This document shows positions 22,192-31,608 of a stretch of DNA of 61,533 nucleotides, one piece after another. Both the position numbers and the translations under genes were made by a program. The stretch lies in the IMG/VR virus record IMGVR_UViG_3300045988_054859; one strand, written 5' to 3'. Every line of letters starts with the position of its first letter. Position 1 is the first letter of the stretch. This stretch comes from a virus. The notes beneath the pieces are model-generated. The model did no database searches. It was not told the origin of the DNA and saw nothing but the letters and a program-made list of their open reading frames with translations.

Positions 22192-22854
22192 TCACGGGAG
22201 CTGCAACACCTGTCCGGGATAAATCAAATTCGGGTTTTTGAGCTTATCCTTGTTCAGGGAATAGATTTCTTTGTACCGGCCTCCGTCGCCGAGGGTCGAT
22301 TTCGAGATGTTGTAGAGGCAGTCTCCGGGCTTGACCGTGTAGGTTTTCGCCTGCACTCGGTTGTCTGTCCGGGTGGAGCCGCCGGAGACGGTCGCAGTTC
22401 CGGTCGAGCTGACTTTGACCTGCCGGATTCTGACCTCTCTGTACTCCTTGAGCTTGATTTTGTAGTAGATGCTCCCGGGGTCGCCGCCTTTTCTGTAAGG
22501 CTGCAAGCTCTGGATAGCCGCGTAGAAGTTTACGCGCGTTCCGGTCAGGATGAGGTGCACCGGCTTCGCGCTGATTTTCCACTCGAAAAGCCGCTGCATC
22601 ATCGCATCCGGTGACGACAGCATAAATGGCGTCTGGATGCCCGGAAAATACGCGGCTGGAAAAAAGCCGTCCCACGATACCTCCACGGCCGCCCGGTCCT
22701 GCAAAACGAGGATTTCGCCGAGGCCACTGATGGTGACGCTCGTGTTCTTCGTCCCGTGAGTGACGTCGAACTTCGTCGGCAGAACAGGAAAGCGCAGTTT
22801 CTCGCGCTCTCCGTTGTGCGTAATCCAGAGCTGCATACTGCTCTCAAAAATCAT
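22192..22854 (-). CDS. LysM-domain tail protein (XkdP-like, 220 aa)
   Basis: The C-terminus YTVKPGDCLYNISKSTLGDGGRYKEIYSLNKDKLKNPNLIYPGQVLQLP is a LysM domain. GGAGA RBS precedes the ATG at 22854. Confidence 0.7.
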   Translation of the reverse strand: MIFESSMQLWITHNGEREKLRFPVLPTKFDVTHGTKNTSVTISGLGEILVLQDRAAVEVSWDGFFPAAYFPGIQTPFMLSSPDAMMQRLFEWKISAKPVHLILTGTRVNFYAAIQSLQPYRKGGDPGSIYYKIKLKEYREVRIRQVKVSSTGTATVSGGSTRTDNRVQAKTYTVKPGDCLYNISKSTLGDGGRYKEIYSLNKDKLKNPNLIYPGQVLQLP

Positions 22855-25800
22855 AGGCAAGGTCTCCTTCCTCGAAGATTTCACCCTTGATGATGCTCAT
22901 AAGGACTGGCTTTGCATGGCGCGTCAGAATATCGAGGACGGATTCCTCATTCATGCCGCCGACGTCGATGGAGCCGCTGCCGTTGATTTCGAGGATAATG
23001 CGTTTGACGGTCTCGCCAATGCTGGGCGCGTCCGAGGAGGAGGCCGGGGCCTCCTGCTGCGCGTCGCTGGCGGCCGGGGCAGTCGTGTTGACCGGGGCCT
23101 CCTCTGTGGGTGCAGCCTCCTCCGTAGTCTGCGCCTGCACCTCCGGTTCGACGTACTCAATGCCGGTGGGCTGTGCATCAGAGCCCTGCCCGTCAGCCGT
23201 GAGATAGGAATACTCCTTGACGGCCTCCATACCCTCCGGCAGGTCATTCTCCGGGAGCGGGCTTGCCGTGGGCTCCGGGGCGTTCGTGGCGTTTTCCGCG
23301 CTGTTCACGGCTGCGAGGATTCTTTCGGTCTCCTGCGTGGGGAACACCTCGGACCCGCGCGCGCCGATGATAAGCTCGGGGCCTTTCTCACCGGCGATGT
23401 AGACGTCCTCCTGTGCGGACAGAGTGCCGTTCGCGTGACCGGCGACTGTCGTTGCGGTGGGCGTCGTTGTCGGCGTGGTTTTCAGGTGGGAGGCGGCTGC
23501 GTTCGCAACGGCCTCCGCTGCGCTCCCGGCCTCGCCGGTCATGGAACGGATGGCATCGCAGTAGGCCTTGATGGTCGCCTGTGCTGCTTCTTTGGCCTCG
23601 TCGGCCATCTCCATTTTTTCGACGGTTCCGGTCATCGTCTGCTCGATGTCCGACATCGTCTTATCGAAGTCGGTCTCCATCTTGGCGATGTTGTCCGCAA
23701 AGGCGTCTTTTGCCTTTTCGGTCTCCTCGAACTTGGAGTTAAACTCGTCCACGAATTTGGAGGCTGCTGCGGGCATACCCTCGGTGCTACCGCCCAGCTT
23801 CTCGATGTTCTGGATGATGGCGTTGATGTAGCCCGCGCTTTCCTCGCTGCCATCACTCAACGACTTAATCAGGCCGTCATCGAGGCCGTATTCTGCGGCC
23901 TTTTTGAGATTTTCAGAGTAGAGGTTGAGGTAGTCCGTCTGGCTCTGCATGGCCTTTTCCATATCGCTGATGGAAAGTTCCGACGAGGTTTTCATCGTGT
24001 CGAACAGACCGATTTGTCCCTCGATGCTCGTCCGGGCCGATTCGTATGCCTTGTCGTAGGCTGCGGTCAGCTCGTCGAGAGCAGACTGCGCGGAGCTCGT
24101 AGCCATGCTGACGGCTTCGTCATAGGTGACGGTCTGGTTCTGCGCGTCCTCGACTGCCTGCGCGACGCCGCGCCACTCGCCCTCGATGTCGGAGAGGGTC
24201 TGCTGGTTCTCGTCGTAGGCAGCTTGCAGCTCCTCGAGGGATTTCTTGTAATCGTCGATGTCGGAAGTCCACGCCACCCACGGACTGTCCTCCATCCAAA
24301 AGCCGCTGCCGCTGACCCAGTCGCCGGTGACGTCGTCCTGCCTCATGCCGCGCCGCTGACGCTCCGCGTCGAGGTTTGCCTCCGCCTCCGCGATTTGCTG
24401 CTCGAGGCTGCTCTGCTCTTTCAGCAGGTCAACATAGGTCTGCTGCTGCTCGGCCTTGTACTCCGAATCAGCCTGCGCCTTTGCGGCTTTCTTGATGGCC
24501 TCGACGGTCGCGTCTACGCTCTCGGTCACGCCGTCGTAGGTCAAGCCGAGACCCGGGACGTCGGCGTTGAGCTGGTCGATGATGGCTTTCATCTCCGTGT
24601 AGCTCGCGGTGGTCTGCGTGTTCTGCGAGGCCAGCTCCCCGAGCCGCTGGGTCAGAGCCAGTGTGCCGAGCTCTTGGTCCTTGATGCTCGAGGTGGAGCT
24701 GTTGTAGGCGTCCATGACCTTGTTGTGGCTCTCGACGAGGCCGTCGCACTCCGCCACAAACTCCTTGACGGTCTGCCGGTTGGCTTCAAACTCGTCGTTG
24801 AGCTGGTCGAGCTGGTAACGCAGGCTGTTGGCCGCGTCGGAGTTCTCGCCGTACTGCTCACAGGCCGCATTGTACTGGTCGTTCAGCCTCTGCAGCTCGT
24901 CGTACTGGTCACGGCAGGTGGCCGTCATACCCTCGTACTCGTCGCTCTGCGTAATCAGCACTCCGGTCAGGGTAACGGCCGCTGCTGTAACAGCAACGAT
25001 GCCTGCTGCCGCGAGGACGTAAGGGTTAGCCGCCAGCGTCGCGGTGAATGCCTCCGTCACGAACTTCGCAGCCGTGGTTGCGAGGTTGTAGGCAGCCAGC
25101 GCGCCCGTGAATCCGCCCACGCCGACCGCAATGGCCGAAATGGCCGCCACGACGGCCGGGTGCTCGTCCACAAAATCACTCATGCCCGCAAATACGTTGG
25201 TGAATCCCTCGTATACCTGCGTGAGCGCGGGGTTGAGCACATCGCCGACAGAGATTTTCAGGTTGTTGAACGCATTCTCCATCCGCTGCTTGCTCTTGTC
25301 GGTCGTGTCCGCCATCGTGGAGTATGCCTTTTCGGTTGCTCCTGCGCTGGTACGCATGGATTCGAGCACACTGTTGTACTTGTCTGCTCCTGCGTTGAAC
25401 AGGGACAGTGCGCCGATACCGGCCTCCGTGGAGTTCCACAGGGCGTTGAACGCTGTGCTGTCTCCATCTACCGCGTTACCCAGCATAGCCATCACATCGC
25501 CGAGCGAGTAGCCCTGCTCCATGAGCTGCGCAAAGGTCTTGCCGGTGGAGTTCAGTAGGACCTCAGAAACGCCGCTGCCGGTGTCGCCGAGCTCATTCAG
25601 CATCGACTTGAGGTAGGTGCCGGATTCTGCGGTAGCGATACCGTTGGCGGTTAGGACAGCGTAAGCCGAGCTAAGATTGTCCATCTGGACGTTGTACGCA
25701 GACGCCAGAGGAATGACCTTGCCGACGCTCTGCGCCAGTTGGTCTACGCTCGTTTTGCCGAGGTTCTGGGTGGTGATAAGGTAGTCGGAAAGCTGCGTTG

Positions 25801-26596
25801 CATCCGACGCCGCGAGGCCGTAGGCATTGATGGCCGTTGTCAGAACGTCAACAGCCGTGGTCGCCGACGTAAAGCCGCCGACGGCCAGCTTGGTCGCGGT
25901 TCCTGCAAAGGCCGCAGCGTCCGCCGTGTTGATGCTGGCTGAAATGGCCTGATAGGTTGCCTCCGCCATGTCGCTGGCCGCCTCGCCGGTCTCGTTGGAG
26001 TAACCGCGCACCTCTTTCGAGATGCTGCTCAAGGATTTCTGGCTTGTATCCGCGATGGTAGCAACCATTGCGGTGGAGGTCTCGAACTGTGCGGCCGCTT
26101 CGGAGCAGTCAAAAAAGCCGTTCTTAATCTCGTTCAGAGTGGCGGCTATTCCGGCAGACGCAAGGACGCCTTGCAGCTCCTTGATGCCGTCGCGGCCCTT
26201 TTTGCTCGATTCCTCGCTCTGCTTGCCAGTTTCCTCGGACTTATCACCGAACTTCTCGACCTCCTCCGAGGCTTTACGGGCTGCCTCCGCTGCCTCGTCG
26301 AGGTTCTTCTCGGTCTCGGTCGTTTTCTCGGACAGGATGCCGGTAGAATTTGCCGCCTGCCCGGTGGCCTTTTCATAGTCCCCGATGGCCGAGGACAGGT
26401 CATCGACGGAATCAGCAGCAGCGTCGGTGCTCTTGGCGGTCTGAGCGGCCGTGCGGGAGACTTTGCTCAACGCTCCGTCTGCCGCCGTGCCGGTGTTCTC
26501 GAACGCCTCAAGAGCCCGTTCGCCGCTCTGCGTCATCTCGTTGAACTTGGAGGAGATTTCGTCGATGGCCTTGAATACGACTTTCAGTGTTGCCAT
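22844..26596 (-). CDS. Tape measure protein (1250 aa)
   Basis: Size, Ala/Glu-rich coiled coils, central TM-like block, and position after the frameshifted chaperone. Confidence 0.85.
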   Translation of the reverse strand: MATLKVVFKAIDEISSKFNEMTQSGERALEAFENTGTAADGALSKVSRTAAQTAKSTDAAADSVDDLSSAIGDYEKATGQAANSTGILSEKTTETEKNLDEAAEAARKASEEVEKFGDKSEETGKQSEESSKKGRDGIKELQGVLASAGIAATLNEIKNGFFDCSEAAAQFETSTAMVATIADTSQKSLSSISKEVRGYSNETGEAASDMAEATYQAISASINTADAAAFAGTATKLAVGGFTSATTAVDVLTTAINAYGLAASDATQLSDYLITTQNLGKTSVDQLAQSVGKVIPLASAYNVQMDNLSSAYAVLTANGIATAESGTYLKSMLNELGDTGSGVSEVLLNSTGKTFAQLMEQGYSLGDVMAMLGNAVDGDSTAFNALWNSTEAGIGALSLFNAGADKYNSVLESMRTSAGATEKAYSTMADTTDKSKQRMENAFNNLKISVGDVLNPALTQVYEGFTNVFAGMSDFVDEHPAVVAAISAIAVGVGGFTGALAAYNLATTAAKFVTEAFTATLAANPYVLAAAGIVAVTAAAVTLTGVLITQSDEYEGMTATCRDQYDELQRLNDQYNAACEQYGENSDAANSLRYQLDQLNDEFEANRQTVKEFVAECDGLVESHNKVMDAYNSSTSSIKDQELGTLALTQRLGELASQNTQTTASYTEMKAIIDQLNADVPGLGLTYDGVTESVDATVEAIKKAAKAQADSEYKAEQQQTYVDLLKEQSSLEQQIAEAEANLDAERQRRGMRQDDVTGDWVSGSGFWMEDSPWVAWTSDIDDYKKSLEELQAAYDENQQTLSDIEGEWRGVAQAVEDAQNQTVTYDEAVSMATSSAQSALDELTAAYDKAYESARTSIEGQIGLFDTMKTSSELSISDMEKAMQSQTDYLNLYSENLKKAAEYGLDDGLIKSLSDGSEESAGYINAIIQNIEKLGGSTEGMPAAASKFVDEFNSKFEETEKAKDAFADNIAKMETDFDKTMSDIEQTMTGTVEKMEMADEAKEAAQATIKAYCDAIRSMTGEAGSAAEAVANAAASHLKTTPTTTPTATTVAGHANGTLSAQEDVYIAGEKGPELIIGARGSEVFPTQETERILAAVNSAENATNAPEPTASPLPENDLPEGMEAVKEYSYLTADGQGSDAQPTGIEYVEPEVQAQTTEEAAPTEEAPVNTTAPAASDAQQEAPASSSDAPSIGETVKRIILEINGSGSIDVGGMNEESVLDILTRHAKPVLMSIIKGEIFEEGDLAYDF

Positions 26597-26606
26597 GTCG
26601 GTTCTC

Positions 26607-26798
26607 CTATCGCCTTATAGGGACGAGCTTCATGGTATCTCTTCTGCACGGGCGCGCGCTTTCCTCCTCCTCGGAGGCGATGTAAAAGAGCTTTTGTCTC
26701 CGGCTCATTCGGTCGAACTCCTCCGGTCGGAGGCCGTGCCGCTGCCAAAGAACATGGGCCCAGTACGTCTCGCTGCCCGCGCTGCGAATCAGTTTTTT
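26607..26798 (-). CDS. -1 frameshift extension of the tail assembly chaperone
   Basis: Slippery A_AAA_AAC (26798..26792) sits directly before the zero-frame stop. The -1 frame is open to TAG 26607..26609 and encodes ...SETYWAHVLWQRHGLRPEEFDRMSRRQKLFYIASEEEE... Confidence 0.6.
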   Translation of the reverse strand, partial: KKLIRSAGSETYWAHVLWQRHGLRPEEFDRMSRRQKLFYIASEEEESARPCRRDTMKLVPIRR

Positions 26799-27277
26799 GC
26801 GTCGTCGATTTCCTTTTCATCGGCCTGCTTCTGCTCCTCCTCGGAGAGCTGGCCGCCGATGCCCAGCAGAGCCATGACAACGCGGGTGACATGAGCAAAC
26901 TCGTCGGCGCGGGAGAAAACCTTTTCCGGCATCTGGGTGATGTCCACGCAGTTGTAATACTTCATCAGCTCCGGGTCGTCCAGCTTGGGGTACTGCAGGG
27001 CCTCAACGAGGATGTGACGGGTGGCCTTTGCATTGTCGCGCTCGTCGCGGAAAACCACGTTGCCGCCGTTGATGTAGGGATTGCCCTTCTTGTCCAGCGC
27101 GACAGTGTGGGTGTGGTACCCCTCATTGATGGCGCGGATACGCTCAGAGGAAAGCACCTTGACCTCGAGCTGGATGACCTTGCCGTTCTCGTCCTTAAAG
27201 CTCTCCGGGGCCGGTACGGTGACGACCTTCTCCACCTCTGCTGCCTCGCGCATAAAATATTTCAGGTTCTTGCTCAT
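26789..27277 (-). CDS. Tail assembly chaperone (XkdN-like, 162 aa)
   Basis: GGAGGAG RBS. Located between the tube and tape measure genes. Acidic C-terminus. Confidence 0.65.
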   Translation of the reverse strand: MSKNLKYFMREAAEVEKVVTVPAPESFKDENGKVIQLEVKVLSSERIRAINEGYHTHTVALDKKGNPYINGGNVVFRDERDNAKATRHILVEALQYPKLDDPELMKYYNCVDITQMPEKVFSRADEFAHVTRVVMALLGIGGQLSEEEQKQADEKEIDDAKN

Positions 27278-27361
27278 AGCTGTCTCCTCCAAAATAAAAA
27301 TCGGAGCCCCTCCACCTAGGAGAGGCTTCGCCTGTATGCTCCCGACCAAAATGTCGGGAGG

Positions 27362-27793
27362 TTAGATGATGTTCTTGATGTTGAAGTTGATGACGTCATC
27401 GACCACGCTGCCGCTCTCTGCATCCAGTGCGGTCAGGGGCAGGTCACCAGTCAGGACGCAACCGACGCAGGTCACGACATCGGAGCCGTGGGCTGCATAG
27501 TAGTCAGAATTAGCGTCGTCCATGATGCCCTGAATCACGAACTCGGGCGTCGCCTTGGTTGCCTGATACTCCTTGATTTTGGTCTTGAGCCAGTTGTTGG
27601 TCCGGCGACGGGTCATGCTGCCGGTGATGGTCGCGCCAACCCAGCGGGTAGACGGAGTGGTTTCGTTCAACTGGCGGCCGGTCCACGTCTCCGGGGTGAA
27701 GTTGATAGTCATCTTCACGCCGTCCATGACCTCGACGCCGTCGATAAGCGCATGGCCCTCGCGGAGGCTAATAGGGTTTTTGTTGTACTGCAT
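27362..27793 (-). CDS. Tail tube protein (XkdM-like, 143 aa)
   Basis: Size and position after the sheath gene. Beta-rich sequence. Confidence 0.75.
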   Translation of the reverse strand: MQYNKNPISLREGHALIDGVEVMDGVKMTINFTPETWTGRQLNETTPSTRWVGATITGSMTRRRTNNWLKTKIKEYQATKATPEFVIQGIMDDANSDYYAAHGSDVVTCVGCVLTGDLPLTALDAESGSVVDDVINFNIKNII

Positions 27794-27811
27794 AACTTAC
27801 CTCCTGCTGCT

Positions 27812-29152
27812 TTAGCGGGTCTTGACGGTGAAGAACAGCTTCTCGGCAGAATCCACAGGCTGGATTGCGACGATGAAATAAACCTCGTCGCCGCTGCTCA
27901 AAGATTCGTCGATTTTGAAGTCCGCGTCATAGTCCACGTTCTTGATGGCCCCCATATCCTCGTACTGCTTGAGGATGGACTGGCCGATGCCCTTCATAGC
28001 GGCGTAGCCGGTCGGGCTGTTGTCGTACTTGTTGGGCGGGAAGTTATTCTGGATGGCCTCCTGAATAGCGTCCAGAGTGCGGATAACGCGGTTCTTGCTG
28101 TACGTCTTGTCCTTGGGCTTCTTGAAAGAGACCAGAGAATTGATGTCGTACTCGATGATGACGTTGCCCGCCTCGGAGTAGGAGAAGAACATCTCGCCGT
28201 TCTTGATGGCCGCAATGGCTGCTTCGTTGTCCTTGGGGTCCACGATGCCGGTCGCGCCGTTGTAGACCTCGTAGGTGTTAGACTTGATGCAGCTTGCGGA
28301 TGCGGTGATGCCCGCAACGAATGCGCAGGCCTCCGCGTGGGTCAGCTCAACGCCGTCAACAACAACAGAGTTTGTGACATTGATGACGCCCTCGTGGTCG
28401 GGGCTCTTTGCGTCCGGCAGAACCACATTCACGCCCTTGCCCATGCTCTCGCGCATATACTTGATTTTGGTGATGGCTGCGGTCTGCAACGTAGCATCGG
28501 TAACGGGGAAGCACAGAGTATTGAACTTGATGCCCTCCATCTTGTCCACAAACGCGGTGACGTCACCGTTTGCGCTGGTGACGTTCGTGCCGCCTGCCAG
28601 CTTCACGCCGGATGCCGCTTTCAGGTCGCCCGTACCGGTGAACTTCACCAGCTTGTCGTCTGCTGCGGCTGCAATAAGCTCCTCGACGGTCTTGACGCCC
28701 TCGTACACAGCGGTGGCGTCAGCATCCAAATACACGGTGACGTCAAAGCCGCCGACGGGGTTTGTGACGACAGAGACGTGAATATCGTTGCCGCGAGTGC
28801 CGCCGTACTTGGCCGTTACGGTCAGCGGAGCAGCGGTTCCGGTTGCGGCTGTGCCGCTCTCCGTGATGTAGACGATGACCTTGGAAGCCTTTTTGAATGC
28901 CTCACGAATCAGGCGCATCTTATCGTTGGTCGCGTCGTAGACGCTGCGGCCGAGCTCCACACTGTAAGCATCCGGGGCCGCTGCCGTCAGGGTGATGGGC
29001 GTCTTGGCGGGGCCAAAGTCGTAGCCAATCAGGGGCAGCAGCACGATGCCGCGCTCAGAGTTGCCGACGGTGTCGTTGCGGTCGCTCTCGAAGTTGATGT
29101 AAGTGCCCGGGCGGGTCTTTCCCGCCAGCTTATCGTATTTACCGCCTGCCAT
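27812..29152 (-). CDS. Contractile tail sheath protein (XkdK-like, 446 aa)
   Basis: Begins MAGGKYDKLAGKTRPGTYINFESD, a typical sheath N-terminus. Size and synteny agree. Confidence 0.8.
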   Translation of the reverse strand: MAGGKYDKLAGKTRPGTYINFESDRNDTVGNSERGIVLLPLIGYDFGPAKTPITLTAAAPDAYSVELGRSVYDATNDKMRLIREAFKKASKVIVYITESGTAATGTAAPLTVTAKYGGTRGNDIHVSVVTNPVGGFDVTVYLDADATAVYEGVKTVEELIAAAADDKLVKFTGTGDLKAASGVKLAGGTNVTSANGDVTAFVDKMEGIKFNTLCFPVTDATLQTAAITKIKYMRESMGKGVNVVLPDAKSPDHEGVINVTNSVVVDGVELTHAEACAFVAGITASASCIKSNTYEVYNGATGIVDPKDNEAAIAAIKNGEMFFSYSEAGNVIIEYDINSLVSFKKPKDKTYSKNRVIRTLDAIQEAIQNNFPPNKYDNSPTGYAAMKGIGQSILKQYEDMGAIKNVDYDADFKIDESLSSGDEVYFIVAIQPVDSAEKLFFTVKTR

Positions 29153-29349
29153 TAAACAACGGCCTCCTTTCCGAGCCACTCGTCGATGTGCTTCCGCATC
29201 TCCTCGACGGTGTATTCACCAGTCATGCCCGCCGTGGCACCGGCGAACGTGCTGGCCGAAACATGAAAAAGCGTCCGGCAAGCCTTTGCCAGACGCTCAA
29301 TAGGGAACTTCTGCGCGGTCTGTGCCGCGCTCGCGTTCTTCTCTGCCAT
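29152..29349 (-). CDS. Hypothetical protein (65 aa)
   Basis: Coupled (TAATG) to the sheath gene. Confidence 0.5.
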   Translation of the reverse strand: MAEKNASAAQTAQKFPIERLAKACRTLFHVSASTFAGATAGMTGEYTVEEMRKHIDEWLGKEAVV

Positions 29350-29360
29350 GCAGATACCTC

Positions 29361-29840
29361 CTATTCAGTTTTTTCCTCGGCCGCTTTGAGGTCGAGGTTG
29401 TAGTGCATCACCTTCTGGCAATCCACCCTGTTGTACGGACGGCGGCTGTCCCAGTGGAGTGTGAGCTGGGCTGTGCCTGTGTCCAGCCGTTTCACGCCTC
29501 CGGGGTCTTTGAGCCGTACTCCGCCTCCTACCGCTGCTCCCGCCTCGTCAATGAGCGGGACAAGCAGGCGGGCTGCGCAAATGGCGTTCAAGGCCGCTGC
29601 CGCGCTTGCGTAGGCGTCCTCGTCCGTGCTGGCGAAAAACTTGATGTACCAGTCATATTCCACCGCATAGGACGCGAACGTGTCGCCGAGAGGTGTGAGC
29701 TCCGGCTGCGGAAAGAAAACAGAGGGTACGACGAATCCCTCCGGGATGTCCCAGTAATAGGGCGTAATCCCGGGTACGGAATCGAGGATAAAGCGGATAA
29801 CGCTTGCGATTTCCTGCTCTAGGGCAGCCATAGGTTTCAC
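29361..29840 (-). CDS. Tail terminator/completion protein candidate (159 aa)
   Basis: Call rests on synteny between the gp10-like gene and the sheath. Confidence 0.45.
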   Translation of the reverse strand: MKPMAALEQEIASVIRFILDSVPGITPYYWDIPEGFVVPSVFFPQPELTPLGDTFASYAVEYDWYIKFFASTDEDAYASAAAALNAICAARLLVPLIDEAGAAVGGGVRLKDPGGVKRLDTGTAQLTLHWDSRRPYNRVDCQKVMHYNLDLKAAEEKTE

Positions 29841-29841
29841 C

Positions 29842-30375
29842 TCACAAAAAATCCTTGAAATACTCGTCCAGCCAGCTCTGCAGCTTCTTTTCGAGCAGCT
29901 CCGGGTAGAGCTTTTCTAGGATTCTGATGGAGCTTTCCCAGTAGTGGGAGCCCTCCACCCATTTCATTTTTAGGACCATCCCGGTCTTTTCTCCCGGGGT
30001 GTAGATGAAGCGGTCCTTTCCGTTCGCTTTTTCCCAGTGTCCGGGAACGAATCGCCTCTCTATCCCTTTCGGGTTGGTCCAGTGGCCGTCATTTACGAAC
30101 TTGGCGTACTCGACGTTCGTGCCGACCTCAAGGGTCAGGCCGTTCTCGTCGAGTGTCCAGACGTTCTCCCCGTCGCCTTTTTGGAAACTGTGGAGCAGCA
30201 GCCGATAGTCCAGCACGTTCCGGCGAACGATTTCATCTTGCAGAATGCGTAGGAACTCAATGCCGAGCCCTTCAAGAAACTTGTTCAGTGCCCGCTTAAA
30301 ATCGCCCTGCGCGGCCGTTCCGAGCCGCTTCACGAAGTTTTCGAGCTCTACTGTGTCGAATGTCACCTGCGCCAT
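29842..30375 (-). CDS. HK97 gp10-family head-tail joining protein (177 aa)
   Basis: Contains LEVGTNVEYAKFVNDGHW, the hallmark of this family. Confidence 0.65.
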   Translation of the reverse strand: MAQVTFDTVELENFVKRLGTAAQGDFKRALNKFLEGLGIEFLRILQDEIVRRNVLDYRLLLHSFQKGDGENVWTLDENGLTLEVGTNVEYAKFVNDGHWTNPKGIERRFVPGHWEKANGKDRFIYTPGEKTGMVLKMKWVEGSHYWESSIRILEKLYPELLEKKLQSWLDEYFKDFL

Positions 30376-30740
30376 TACAATGGCCTCTGTTGGGCTGTGC
30401 GGTATATCTTTACCGTCATGTGATGCCCTCGGATGTTTCGCGGTTGACCTGCGGTGTATTCGAGCCCTGTTTCGCTGCTGACGATTTTGTCGTTGAGCCT
30501 GATGTCCGTTCCTGCCGGGAGCGTGAGCTTTATGTCGCTGTCCATATCGTTCTGCGGTTGCTGCTGGGCGATTTGGATGGACGCGCTACGCACTCCGAAA
30601 TGGCACGGGACTTCCTCGAGGTCCGGCTGTTTGGGGTATTTGAACTTGGGGGAGCCGGGGAGCCCGTAGCCGGGGCTCGTGCTCTCCTGCTGGGTGTGGT
30701 AGATACTGCAACGATGGTCAAAGAAGTCCTCAATAGCCAT
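30375..30740 (-). CDS. Head closure / head-tail adaptor protein (121 aa)
   Basis: Size, synteny and an SPP1 gp16-like pattern. Confidence 0.55.
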   Translation of the reverse strand: MAIEDFFDHRCSIYHTQQESTSPGYGLPGSPKFKYPKQPDLEEVPCHFGVRSASIQIAQQQPQNDMDSDIKLTLPAGTDIRLNDKIVSSETGLEYTAGQPRNIRGHHMTVKIYRTAQQRPL

Positions 30741-30744
30741 TGGT

Positions 30745-31140
30745 TCAGAGGCTCCTTAACCGCATCGTGACGCCGTTGAGCGGCTGCACGACGACGTAAT
30801 CGTCCAGCAGGCTCTCCACGCCCAGTTTCCCGACGTCTATGATGCTGCTCTCTGCCGTGTAGGAGTAGTCGTCAAAGGTCTCGCTTTTGAGGCGGACTTT
30901 GGTCTGCTCAACGGCATTGTGGGCGTATGCCTCCGCGATAAGGAGGACCGCCGTCTTGACGTTCTCCGGGATTTCGGGGTATTTCTCCGGGTCGTCGAAT
31001 CTGTTGTTGCAGTAGTCGATGACCCAGCTCTCCGCCCGGGAGATGTCAATTTTGAGCTTGCTGTCGGCGCGGTTCTTTACTTCCTCAAATTCTGTGTACT
31101 CTTTGAGTTCCTCCGGCGTGACCCACGGCCGTTCGGCCAT
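30745..31140 (-). CDS. gp6-like head-tail connector (131 aa)
   Basis: Pattern VTPEELKEYTEF...DISRAESWVIDYCNNRF...VKTAVLLIAEAYAHN. Confidence 0.6.
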   Translation of the reverse strand: MAERPWVTPEELKEYTEFEEVKNRADSKLKIDISRAESWVIDYCNNRFDDPEKYPEIPENVKTAVLLIAEAYAHNAVEQTKVRLKSETFDDYSYTAESSIIDVGKLGVESLLDDYVVVQPLNGVTMRLRSL

Positions 31141-31592
31141 CAGCCCTCCGGGGTGATGATGGCGGCCGCTGCGGCTGCATCCGCCTCATACTCACGAATC
31201 TTCTGCAAAATGCTGGCCTTAGTGGTGCAGCCGGTCAGGTCAATGCCGTTGTCCTCGGCAAATTCCTTGAGCTCGTCGAGCTTCATCTTGGAAATGTCAG
31301 GGACTTCCACGGGTTCCTCGGCGACGGCCGCGACGACCTCCGCCTTGTCCTTGCCGGTGGTATCGACGCCCATATCGTCAGCCAGCTTGTCGAGCTGCTC
31401 CTCGTCCATCTCGCCGAGAAAGTCGGCGTCCAGATGGCCGGTGACGGTGTGAGCGTCAGGGAGAGCCTCGAAATAGCCACTTTCCAGCAGAGCGGTATAT
31501 TTCTCGGGGTCGTCCACAAAGACGTCAGGATGCGCCGCAGAGGCGCGCACAACGCCATCATAGGACAGACCTTTAATCAGTCTGAGGTGCAT
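31140..31592 (-). CDS. Head-associated protein with a C-terminal HeH/SAP-like motif (150 aa)
   Basis: MKLDELKEFAEDNGIDLTGCTTKASILQKI resembles Rho-N/HeH DNA-binding motifs. Located directly downstream of the capsid gene. Confidence 0.45.
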   Translation of the reverse strand: MHLRLIKGLSYDGVVRASAAHPDVFVDDPEKYTALLESGYFEALPDAHTVTGHLDADFLGEMDEEQLDKLADDMGVDTTGKDKAEVVAAVAEEPVEVPDISKMKLDELKEFAEDNGIDLTGCTTKASILQKIREYEADAAAAAAIITPEG

Positions 31593-31608
31593 AGCGTCCT
31601 GCCTCCTG

